A DNA stretch of 64,000 bases from Thraustochytrium aureum. Its lineage: Eukaryota. The translations under genes were made by a program, and so were the position numbers. The stretch is from NCBI GenBank assembly GCA_012862495.1, contig BLSG01000235.1:144152-208151 (forward strand), in the 5' to 3' direction. Shown here one piece after another: positions 23,701-35,700 of this stretch. The notes under the pieces are model-generated. The model worked only from the letters and a program-made list of their open reading frames with translations. It did no database searches and was not told where the DNA came from. How positions within the stretch are numbered: position 1 is the stretch's first letter; each line of letters begins with the position of its first letter.

Positions 23701-26700
23701 TGTCGCTGATATCATAAGAGAGAGCGTCAGTGGTGACACCATCGTACTCGAGCCGAAAGTGGCCCGACAGCGGCGCGCTACCGGGCACAACCTCGTCCAC
23801 TGCTACGCCCGCCGCGTCGCCACTCAGCGTCGTAGCGACCGCAGCGAGTGAGGACACGTCTCCTGAGCCGGGCGGCCACGACTCGCCCTCGAAAACGCCA
23901 GGGTTGCGTAGGAACGTAACTTGCCACCTGTAGCCGCCCAATTGACCGGGAGGCGACACTGCCACAGCGCCCCAGCCGCCCGACGTCGCTGAGGGGTACA
24001 CAGAACGCGTGACGCGAACATCCATCGAAGAGTGGATCTCGCTCAGCTTTCGAGCCATCTCGTCGGCGTCCTCAGCAAAGTCAACCTCGCGAACCATGTC
24101 GGCCGTGTCAGCGAGCCGCAGCGAAAACGATCCGCTCAGCCCCGTCGAGCCCTTCTGCACCTCGACAACATCCATGGCCTGGGCGGCCGATCCGGCGGTC
24201 TCAAACATGAAGACGGCGTCAGTCGAAATATCCGGATGGTCTCCCGCGCCGGGCGGAGTCTGTCCCGGGTTCTCCGTGAAGCGAATGGTCCAGTACCGTG
24301 CGCCATACTTGTTCCTTCGGGCGCTCACGACCTCTACGCGGTCCACCTCCGGCAAGGCCTCAAGGGCGCTGTCAACTTGAGCGGCACTCGCGTCCCAGGA
24401 AAGGGGCACAGTGTACAAAGAGCCGAGCGAGAGCTTGAAGGTACCACGGAGAATGTTGCCGCGGGTGGCTTCAACGGCCTGGGCGTGGCGGTTCGTTCCA
24501 AAAAGGGAGTTCCCGATGTTGACCTGAAGATCCGGGAGATCGCCTGCGCTCAGGCAAAGCTCGTCCGGGGCGCACGAGTCCTCCAAGAAAGTGATCGTCC
24601 AGGTGTACGCGCCGCTGCTCGTGTTGACACTGCTCCTGCTCACGTCAACATCACCAATATTGGCCATCGCTTCAAGGATTTCCTCTACGCTCTCGCCATC
24701 GCGCAAGGTGAGAGCGGCATTCGCGGCAGTGTCTGGGGCGTTGTGCTTGATGCTGCCCGAAGTAACAGACTGTTTGACGTACATAAAGTCCGACGACGAG
24801 GAGTCAAGCGTCACCGTAAAGAAGCCATTGAGCGGGATTGAGCCGGCTCGATCCTGGACCACATCGCATAAAGGCGTGGCGCTGTCGCTCTTAGCCCTCA
24901 GTGAGCCAGGATTGCAATAGAGAAGGGCGATGTCGCCCACGTTGCGGCCCCAGGCCGTGGAGTAGCCAGATCCCCACACGCTGTTGCCGTGGTCCGTGCC
25001 GTCATGAATCTCGCCATTGATGAAGGTGACTGTCCAGCTGTACGCCTCCGTCTGCATGCCTGCAGGGTCAGGCTGGCTTCGGTGGACGGTCACGGCGCCG
25101 ATCTCCGGATGCGCCTCAAGCGCGTTCTTGAGATTGACTTCGTCGATATTGTGGGCTAGTGCGCCTGTGCTCTCACCCATGTACTGGATTGTGAACGTGC
25201 CTGCGAGCTCGTTGCCAGTCTCGACCGTATCGATAGCATAGCGAGCGCCAGAGCCGGTGAGCTCGCTGCAGCTGCCCTCGTCATGCCATTCTAGTTCCTC
25301 GCCGCAGCCCCCGTCGCTGCAGGTGATTTGCGAGCAGACGGTATAGCTGAAACTGCTCGCAGGGAATCTCGGCTCCACAAACCGCACAATGTAGTCGTAC
25401 CCGAAGCCAGAGCTCAGTGTGCCGTCGCCCACGCGCTCAACCTGAACAGAGGAGATGCCGGAAAAATTCAGAAGCATGTTCTCGAAGGAGTCTTGCGCGA
25501 ATCCCCAAGCTACGCAAGGCGTTTCCTCACCTTCGAAGCCCACCTTAAACGTCCCCCCAGCGATGACTTTGTTCGCCTTGAGCGTCAGCCGTTGCACGCT
25601 CTTGCAGGTGTCAGGTACGTAGAGCTCGTTCACGTCGCCGCCAACTCCGTCGCCGCTGAACGTGACATCATAGGAGCGACCGCCTGCTTGGTCTGTTGCC
25701 GACTCGGTCACTACAACAGAGTCGATGTTGCTTAGCCCGTTCAGAGCGGACTGGACCGCGCTTGCGTCCGCGTCCCAAGCGATGAACCCCGTTTCTTGAA
25801 TGTCTGCGAGCGAGCCCTTCGTCCTGAATGCCAATTTGTACTGGCCGCCAAGTGTGTTGCCTTGCACGAGCTCCACCACATCGCAATTCGCGCTACGACT
25901 ACCACCGTCGTTTGTTTCAACAAGACCGGACGGGTCTACTTGCAGCAAAGCGACGTTTGACGGGGCTGAATCAAACCGAATGGTCCAGTTGTACCCGCCT
26001 GTCCAGCTGTCCAGATCGGCAAGGGGCCGGTAATCGGTCTTTTCGACTTGAAGGGTTCCAATATTGGGAATCGCCTCGAGCGCAGTCTTGACATGTTCAG
26101 CCGAGTCCGTCATGTCGATGGTGATCGGTCCCTCTCCGTTCCAACTCACGTCAATGGAGCCACTCAGAAAGTTCCCATCTTGGACTTCCTCAACCAAGCA
26201 CGAGACACCGTTGCCCGAGGAGTTGCCGTGGGTCGCTCGCACGTTGTGGAGCCCACTGTGCTGCTCGCAAGTCAGGAGGGGCATGCTCCCCGAGGTGCCA
26301 CTGAACGTGATCAAGTACTCGACGCCGTTCACACGGTCGTTGAGGCGAGTAGCACTGACCAACACCGGAGCCGCGATCGGATTCCGACCACCGGCGACCA
26401 TAGCAACGAGCTTCTCTGAAACGGAAGTCCCCAGTACGTCTGTGCTTAGTGCCCGGACCTCGATCGGCTCTGTCTCAGCTTCTCCGAGAACGATCGGCAT
26501 CGACGCCAAGGTGTCGTTGTACTTGAGCGTGTAGAAAGCGTCAGGGTCGATTTCGTTCCCTTGCTGCTCGGTGGTCGGAGTGGATGGGACGGTCGGCTCG
26601 TCGCCAGTCAGGGCATTAGAGGAGGTGATGGTAAGGAGCTCGTTTGGCATGTTGCCGTGCACCTTGTCCCCGTTGAAGGTGATACTCCACGTTTTGCCTT

Positions 26701-29700
26701 CGCCTGCCGTCCCGGTGTGGTCGGTCTCGGTTACGGTGACGTCCATGTTGGCAAGAGCGTTGAGCGCGGTTTGAAGCGCCCCAGGTACGGTGACGTCTAT
26801 TGCGGCAGTCGTCAGCGAGCTGGTAACGCGAGCCTCAGGATCGGACTCCCACCCTGTTTCGGAGCACAGAGTACACAGATTCGTGTCGGCAACAATCTGG
26901 AAGGTCCCGCCCAAGTTCGTTGTTTGGACAGCAACCAAGCCATCACAGGAAGCCCCGCTGCACTTGATCTCCTCGCACGCCTCGAAGCCACCAACAACTC
27001 CATCCCCGTTCGAGACGAGCGAGAGGTCATCGGGCCAGCTTGGTGACGTAAAGGCGATCGTATAGGTCGCCGAGCCGGCCGCTACAACGCCCTGCGAGAC
27101 AGCTACGTTGAGAGGGCTGCCGCCTTCGTCAACGAGGTTGTTCAGGATAGTCTCGTACGAGACCAAACTGCCCGACGCGTCAGCGTTCCAAGCGATGCAC
27201 CTGGAAACTTGCGAGGCGCCGCCAGCGCCGTATCGGAGGCGGAATCCGGCAGTTTTGCCGATATGCTGCTCATCAATGTCGTCAGACACCGCATCTCCGG
27301 TGACGCCCCCCGCGCCAACGACGAGTAGCGGGACGGCGCCCCGCACGGCTGAGCCGGAAAACGTGATGGCAAAGACCCTGCCTTCCCCGTTGCCGGACTC
27401 TGCCGCATTGTTCACAGTCACACCTCCAGGGCCGACGTTGCTCAGAGCTTCGAGCGCAGACGTCACTTCTGTCTCGATTGCGTTGACGGAAATTGCAGCC
27501 GTGGTTTGGTCAGCCCAAACCGCGCACAGCGGGCAGTTTCCTGTCGTGGTCACGAACTGCAGCGTGAAGTTGCCACCTAGGTTCTCCGAGTCGACGGTCA
27601 CCGATTCGCTCGAGCACTCGAGTCCGTTGCAGAGGAACGGGTCGCACCCCGTAACTGACGTATCAACCACCGGCTCTAGTGCCTCCGGGTTCTCGCTTGT
27701 GGAAGTCAAATCAAGCTCAAACTCGTAAGACATCACAGAGTGGGGTGTGAGATCGACCGTAGTTCCAGCGGTGATGTCCGTAATGCCGTTCGTCAGCGCG
27801 CTCGCAAAGGCAGCACCTGGCTCATCGAAGCGGATGCATCTGGTTGATTCAGCAGCGAGGGGCGCCGTCAGTTTGAAACCGCCATAGTTGCCTCGAAAGT
27901 CAGCCAAAACACTGGGGTCTCCGCTTCCACCAGTTAAGCTGAGGGTCATAGCCAGATCCGGGACACTGCCGTACTCGGGCGGAAACTGCACAGTCCACTT
28001 GATGTAGTCAGCCCCATTAGCTTCTCTTGTAACTGCCAGGTTGTCCTTGAACTCGGCAAAGTGCGGCGCAAGTCGGAGCTGTGCCTGAAAATCCGTCCCG
28101 TCGTCGCTGAGATCAATAGGCGCGGACGTCCATGAACCTGTGTTTTCGAGAAGCCCGCCGAAGCCGTCGAGGGCCGAGTTATCCAACGTCACTGTGAAGG
28201 TTCCTGCTAGAGCACCAACAGCCGCGTTAACAACTCTCACCCCCTGCACAGCTCGGACAGTAGAGAAGGCGCTGCCTGCGGTCACCATAACGGTCTGCGT
28301 CTTACGCGGCTCGCTAATCGTGATGACTTGAACAGCCTTGACGTCATCGATGTTGCCGCTGGCGGAGACCGTCACTGTCTGTGTCCTGCGTGGCTCACTG
28401 AGTTCTATGACTTGGATTTCGTCTTCTGCAGTCGCCGTAATGGTGAGCCGCTGGATCTCGCTCCGGTGGGTCGCAGAGGTATAGATCGCCTGAACCTCGT
28501 CAATGTCGGAGGCAGAAACGGTAATCTGCTGCACCTCAGAGACATCCTGTGTTGACGTGGAGATAACCTGGACTTCCGAAACCACCTGGTCGGCTGACGT
28601 CGTGATGGTCTGCACCTCGTCAACTCCAACGACATCAGAGGTGATGTTCTGGACCTCGTTGGTCACCTGAACGGTAGCGGTAATCTCTTGGACCTCATTC
28701 ACAACCACGGCACGCGTTGCCAAGACTTGCGACTCGTGCAAGATGGGCACCTCCGTACGCCCAAGGCTGGTCCCAGAGGTTGAGATCGTCTCGGCTACAG
28801 TGAACGCAGCGCACCCCTCGCGGTTGTCCGAAACGCCGAGCACGTGCCTTGGGGCAACAGGGTTGTGGAACTGTACATGCACAACATGAACGGTACCCGA
28901 GTTTGCCGCGTCTGCCGTGACGCTGACGTCGACAATGCTGGGAGCGAACTCTGTCTCGATGAACGTGGCGAAATCGGCGGGGCTGGCATCCCAGACCAAG
29001 CAGTTTTGAGATGTTGCGTCGCCAAACGTGAGCTTGTAGGAGCCGGTGCCACCCACAAGGGCAGAGCTTGCAGACACGGAAACGCTTTGAAGCGAATCGA
29101 ACTGCGTGCTTGGGTCCCACTCCACGACGAGCGACTCTAGCGAGCGCCCGCCGTCGCTGATGGGCAAGTCCCACGAAAGTGAAACGGCGGTAGAGGAAGC
29201 CACCGACGCCACAAGGTCGACAGGCCTCTGGGGCACGGTGTCGGCCGTCACGGCGCTGGCCGGCGTGGTCGGAAGCGGTGGGCCGTACCCCTCCGCGTTT
29301 CTAGCCGTGACGCGGACTTGGTACGTTTCGCCAGGAACGAGCGGCGAAGAGTACGCGCCGGTGAGGATGTTGCGCTCCCCGATCATGTACGAGGTTTCCG
29401 AGCCGTCCACCAGCGCGAACTGCGCGGAGGGAGGCGACCCAAAGTCGGTGTCCCACTCAACCAAGTAGCCTGTGATCGGCTTGCCGCCGTCGCCGCCAAA
29501 CACCGCGAGGTTGGGGTTGGGTGGGCGCCATGTCACCTCGAGCTGCACGCCGCTGACAGCACTCAGGGTCGCCGATTCCGGCGCGCTCGGAAGGAGGAAC
29601 TGCGGCGCGGCCGAGCGCGGCGCGGACGACCTAAATGAGCCCGGGCCGCGCGCGTTAACGGCGCGAACTCGAACAAAGTACGCGACGGACACGGACGTCG

Positions 29701-32700
29701 TGAGCGGGATGTTGTAGTGGAATGGCCCGGCTACNNNNNNNNNNNNNNNNNNNNNNNNNNNNNNNNNNNNNNNNNNNNNNNNNNNNNNNNNNNNNNNNNN
29801 NNNNNNNNNNNNNNNNNNNNNNNNNNNNNNNNNNNNNNNNNNNNNNNNNNNNNNNNNNNNNNNNCGTCGGTTGGTCGGTCCAGACTGCCTTGATCTGCGT
29901 GTTGCTCAACGGCATGATCGTGAGGGTCTCTGGAAGCCCAGGCACGCCCGAAGGCGTGACCGCTGCCGAAAGGGGGCTTCCTGGGCCACGACCGACGGCG
30001 TTTGCTGCCGTTACTCGTGCCATATAAGTCACCCCTTTCGTGAGACCTGTAATGATGTACGAGTAGGACCCTGGGGCGGCGACGGCCATCACGTGCGATC
30101 CGTATGAGGAAGGCAGCACGCCGAGTCTCGTCGAAGACGCGCGAGCAAGCGCACTCGGCCCAGTGAGCTGGCTTGAGTCCGCGGTCAGCGTGCCGGCTGG
30201 CCCGGAAGTCCCTGTGAACGTCACGTGCCAGTCGAATCCAAACCCGTTGACAGATCGACCAACGTCGACGACCGAAATGGTGTCCAGTCGCTCGAGGGCC
30301 GACTTGAGGTCTTCCGCGCTGATGTCGTGCGCGAGAGGAGGAGTGCGGTCCATCTTGCCTGTGGCGGGATCCTTGTAGCCGACGGAGAATGTGCCGCTTA
30401 TCGGCTGCTCGCCCTCTCGCTCAGTCTTGACGTAAAGGACCACATTTGGGCCTTGCCACCCAGAGCTTGGGACCACTTCAAGGAGGGGCTGGTTGCCAGT
30501 GTGGCCAGATTGAAAGGTGATCGTCCAATCGTATCCGTTTCCCCAGCGGAAGAGCGTGATGTCCGCCGGATTTGAAGGGTGGGTCCCACTAAACGTGGCC
30601 GGGTCAGTGTGATCTGAGTCCAGCGCAAGCGACAACTCGTCGGCCGAGAATGCAGTCGGGCACCCCGAGCAAACCTTAAACTGCACACCAGCAAACCAGA
30701 TGTCGTCGCCCTCGTTCAGAACACTACCGAAGCAGCCCGAAACGACGCAAGAAACGACTTTCCCGTCGCCATCGAGGTTGACGAGCCCTGGCACGGGGAC
30801 ACGAGACCTCGTACGGGTCACGGCAACGTCCCCAATTGTGGCCATGCGCTCTAGCTTGGCCTCAACAGAGGCTGCCGAGTCATCCCACGCAATTGGCTCG
30901 GACAGCTCGCCGCGGAAACGAACGCGAAAGCTTCCCTGGATGATCCCGTCGGCAAAGCTGGTAATCGTTTGCACCTCAGAGATCCCCGGCGTTCCTGACG
31001 TCGTAATGGTCTGCTCTGCCGCAACCCCGTCGGATGTAAACCACTCGAGGTGCATCTCAGTAACTGGTAGCCCCGCGATCGAGCTCTCCAGCGCGCCATT
31101 CGGCGTGTCGAAGGTCAGCCGGAGGCTTGTCGCAGAGTCGACCTGGAGTACGGGCTTCGCAGGCTGCGAGGGCCGTCGAACTGGTTTGACGGTCGACGCG
31201 GTGGAGACGGGCCCAAAGCCGACGAGGTTGAACGCAGATACCCGCACGTAGTACGTGACACCCGTCTTGAGACCGTCGATCCAGACCGAGAGCGGGTTGG
31301 TGCCGCGCACAATTTCGTGGATCCGGACATCGGCGTTCAGTCCAACCAGATTCGTTGAGTCCGCAAGGAGGAGCCCGATATTGCCAGCTCCCTGGATGAC
31401 TTCGTCGAGGAGGTGCGTGAATTCGATCGTCCAGACCATGCCCTTCGAGGCGTCACCAGAGACCACCTCGTATCGGTGCACGTTCACGGTCTGGATGGTC
31501 GACAACGCCTCGAGCGCGGTCTTCATTTGGGAATCGCTTGCGTCAAACGGGATTGCCGCGGTCGTTTCGCCCTCGAAAGTGAGAGCAAAGGTGCCGCTGA
31601 GATCCGAAAGGGCCATGGTTCGCACCGTCTGCTTTTCAAGCGTGAACTGGCCTGGGTATATGTCCTTGGAGCCACGTCGCGTTTCTGAGACCGAGACTCG
31701 CGCGTCGTACCCAGTGAGCTTGGTGTGGTCAGCGTCAAGCAGGCCAATGTCCCCATGCACGCCGGTGAATGTCACGGTCCACTCGAAACCGTTGCCGAGC
31801 GCCTTGCGGCGGACAAGGATTGGGTTAGTACCCTGCTTGTAGGCTCCTGTAATAATCTGCAGCTCCTCCGCAAGGGCGGCTGAAGAGACGTCGTGGGCCA
31901 AATCGCCCGTTGTCCGCCCACCCCACGTCAGAGTGAACGTGCCCGAAATGTCGTCGGCACGCGCAGAAGTGACGATGGTCTGAACCTCATCGACAACCTC
32001 GACGCGCATGCGCTGCTTATACGGAGAGTCAAAGCTGGCTTGGGTGTCCCACTCCACCTCCACTGAGGTGACTGGAGCGCCGCCGTCGTGCAGCGGAGGG
32101 CCATAGCTCACCATGGCCGACGTGTCCGTGTAGAAGCGACCCACGCGGAGCGAGGTGGGAGCCTCCGGCGGCACCGCCGTCTGCGCGGTGGACACGATCT
32201 CAGCAGCAAGCGGCGCTCCGTAGCCGAGCAGCGCGTTTCCTGCTGAGACCTGGACGACATACTCGGTGTTCTCCTGCAATGCGATGTACTTGCTTGCTTC
32301 AGCGGCGAGCGCATACCCGTCGCGAGCGGTGTCGACGAGAACTTGTTCCTCGACACTCCCGCCAGAGCAGGACCCGGCGCCGATGGCAGCTGTCATCTCG
32401 GGGATCGTGTCGGCTCCGCTATAGTCACCCCAGAAATGAACAGTGTACAAGTACCCAAAGAGCCAGTCCGCAGCACCGTCCCCGGAGCGTTCCACAGTTA
32501 CACGATCAATCCCGCTGAGCCCTTCCAAACCGGCCTTCACTTCGGAAGGCGACGCCCCCCAGTTCAAACACCCCGTTACCTCGGCGCCGAACGTCAGCGT
32601 GAATTGCGCAGTGGAGGATCCCGCCGCGCGAAGCCGCACCGTTTGGATCTCGTTGCGGGTGCCGAGTACGTAGGAATGAGGCATCGAGCCGTGCGGGCGC

Positions 32701-35700
32701 GAAACCTTCAATCTAGCACCGATGCCTGCCCAGTGCTTTCGGGGACTNNNNNNNNNNNNNNNNNNNNNNNNNNNNNNNNNNNNNNNNNNNNNNNNNNNNN
32801 NNNNNNNNNNNNNNNNNNNNNNNNNNNNNNNNNNNNNNNNNNNNNNNNNNNNNNNNNNNNNNNNNNNNNNNNNNNNNNNNNNNNNNNNNNNNNNNNNNNN
32901 NNNNNNNNNNNNNNNNNNNNNNNNNNNNNNNNNNNNNNNNNNNNNNNNNNNNNNNNNNNNNNNNNNNNNNNNNNNNNNNNNNNNNNNNNNNNNNNNNNNN
33001 NNNNNNNNNNNNNNNNNNNNNNNNNNNNAACAGAATCCTCCACTCGTAGCCGCCCGCACTCTTTAGAATACGATGGTCGCCAACAATGTCTTCTCCTCCG
33101 GCGAACGCGGCGTTCAGCGGGAAAGCGTTCGCCGAGCATGCAACGCCAGAGGCAGCCCTAACGAGCTCGTTGTCACCAACCCAAAACGTTTCGCCAGCTT
33201 CGATCAAGAGGCACAAGTCGCGGGTTGTTGTCATCGTCGCGCTGCCGATTGCGAGAGACGCTTGGGCGCCTACCAGGACTGGTCGCTTCGAGACGTCACG
33301 AAGCACGGACACGCGGCCGACGCTGTTTAAGAGCTCTAGTGCCTGGAGGACCTCGGTTGATGTGGCATCGTGGGCGAGAGCAGCGGTGCTCTCCGAGCCG
33401 AGTCGGATGGTAAACGAACCCTCAGGGCTCCCCACCTCAGCAGACGTGGTAACGGTGACGGTTTCAAAAACTTGCGCCTGTGCGTCGAGGCCTACAAGGT
33501 CTTCGGATTCGGCGACGAGCCGGGCGACTTGACCGGCGGAGATCGGAAACGTGATGTACCAATGCACCGTCGTCGAATCGGGATCCGCTGCCGAGTACTT
33601 GGTTACGGCCACCCCGACAAGCTCAGTGATCGACTCCACGGCAGCGGCAACCTGGTCGGCGGAGGCGGTAGACGGCAAAGATGCAAGCTTCCCAGCGCTG
33701 AACAGGGCAATCGAGCCCGAGACTACAGGCTCGTTGGCCTCGAGCACAAGGGTCTGCACCGTCGATGCGCCCTCGAAGCAGGCAGGCATGGCCTCGCTGT
33801 CTAGGGAGAGGCCGCAGTCTTGCGCGCCGCCGCGGAGCTCAATGCTGACTAGGTCCGCCGGCGGGGCCCCTTCTTGCGCCACAATGACCTGGCCTGAAAT
33901 AGCGCCATTGTGAGAGACCAAGCCAGACGTGTCAAGCGACAGAGTCTCGAGGTCCCCCAACGAGCTCGAAAATGTCACGGTCCATGCAAAGCCATTGGCG
34001 ATATCCGAGCGCGAGACCGTCACGCCGCGTCGCACGGATCGTAGCTCGTCGATGGCGCGGGCGAGCTCAGTAGCGTCGGCGTCGTGAGCAATGCGCCGCG
34101 AAGTTTGCCCATCAAAACTGAGCTTAAAGTAGCCGGCCAGGTCGCCAGAGGAGCTCGACACGGAAATCGTCTGCTCTTCACGCGTGACGGCCTGCATAGG
34201 ATAGGCTTCGATCATGTAGCGGTCAATGAGCGCTTCGGAGTTTGTGCTCGGAGGCTCCCACACAAGCTTGACTTGAGATGCGCTCAGCGTCTCAACCTTG
34301 ACACTCGCTGGCGCGCCAGGGGGGCGTTGTATGACGCGCGACGCTGGAATTACGCCTCCGTTTGAAAAGCGTGGCGCAGTGCGGCAGTCCACGTCGACCG
34401 GCGCAGTGGTGGGGCACAGGCTTGGCGCATTCCAATCTGCGAGCATTTGCTCCGCATCGGTGTAGATCCCGAGGCCGGCACCATTGCGCGGTGCGGCACG
34501 CACGTGAACCAGCCTGCCTTCAGCGAGGCCATCTGAAAAAGTGGCAACTCCTGGTGGCAGAGCGCCTTTCACTAGCTCGCTGGCGGCAACACTTCCGCCA
34601 GCCGCGAGTGTGTCGTCGATTTCGATTGCGGGAAGGTCTCCGACGTTGCTGAGAAACGTGACAGACCAAGTCGTTGTCCCGGCGTCGGGCTGAGCCTTGG
34701 CAACTGCAACCCGTCCTGTAGTCGGCATTCGCTCCAACCAAAACTTGAGGTCACGCGCTGAAATGTCCACGGCGACTTGGGCAGCCGCCGACCCGTCAAA
34801 CGATACTTCAAACGAGCCCGAGGTCGCAGTGCTCGTGATGACCTGAACCTCGCTAACAGACGCTCCACTGACCAGCGACCCTGCCAGAGCGGAGAAATCG
34901 GGCACAGCTCCGGTCTGAATCGAGGCAACCTGGACTTGTGGACTCGACCCAGTCAGCAACGAGTGGGCCGCGAGACAGCCACTCGCTTGTGTCCCGACAG
35001 ACTCGCAAGCACCTTGGCCGTGGAAAGAGGACATGGTAATCCTCCACAGAAACCCACCCTGCGGATCTGGACCAACACGCGAAACGTCGACTTGCCCAAC
35101 CTCTGGCAGGGCCTCCAAAGCAGCCTTTACATCGCCCGCAGAGGCCGTTGCGCTGAGAGCGGACGTACGCTTGCGCATGTACACTGTGAGCCCAGTGGCC
35201 GAGGCGCCGGGGTATGCCACTTCGAGTGTAATTGCCGAAGCTGATTTGGCGGCGACTCTGCTCTCGTGCGAGCCGACGCGAACAAAGTCGCCAATCGCGA
35301 TGCGCGAATCCGCAGAAGGGTCCCAAGAATTGAGGGCAGTTATGACGAGGCTCTCAAGATCCACCGAGACGCTGCCGATGGCAGTACCCATCAGCTTAGG
35401 AGCCGTCAAACTTGCTCCAGCACGGTGAACAGTCTCCAAAAGTGCAGAAGAAGCGTCCGGAATGGCAGCAACTCGATGCACTTCGCCAGCGATCTCCACA
35501 AAGTCGCCACGACTTACGAGAGGCCGCCAGTCTTCAGATGACGTATCTACCAGTCTCGAGCCGGCGACCACGCTAACATTATTTGACATTGCTGTGTCCA
35601 GCTCGCCGACGAATGAGAGCGACAGCTCAAAGGTTCCAGAGATGGTGCCCGATGAGTCTGACGTACGAAGCTCGTACACTTGGGGCACCGCGCCTTTCGC

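Noticed and set aside
28228..28738. CRISPR-like or minisatellite DNA array with ~39-bp period
   Set aside because: The periodicity is at protein level (EVQ codons) with synonymous divergence. There are no identical repeats and no cas genes.
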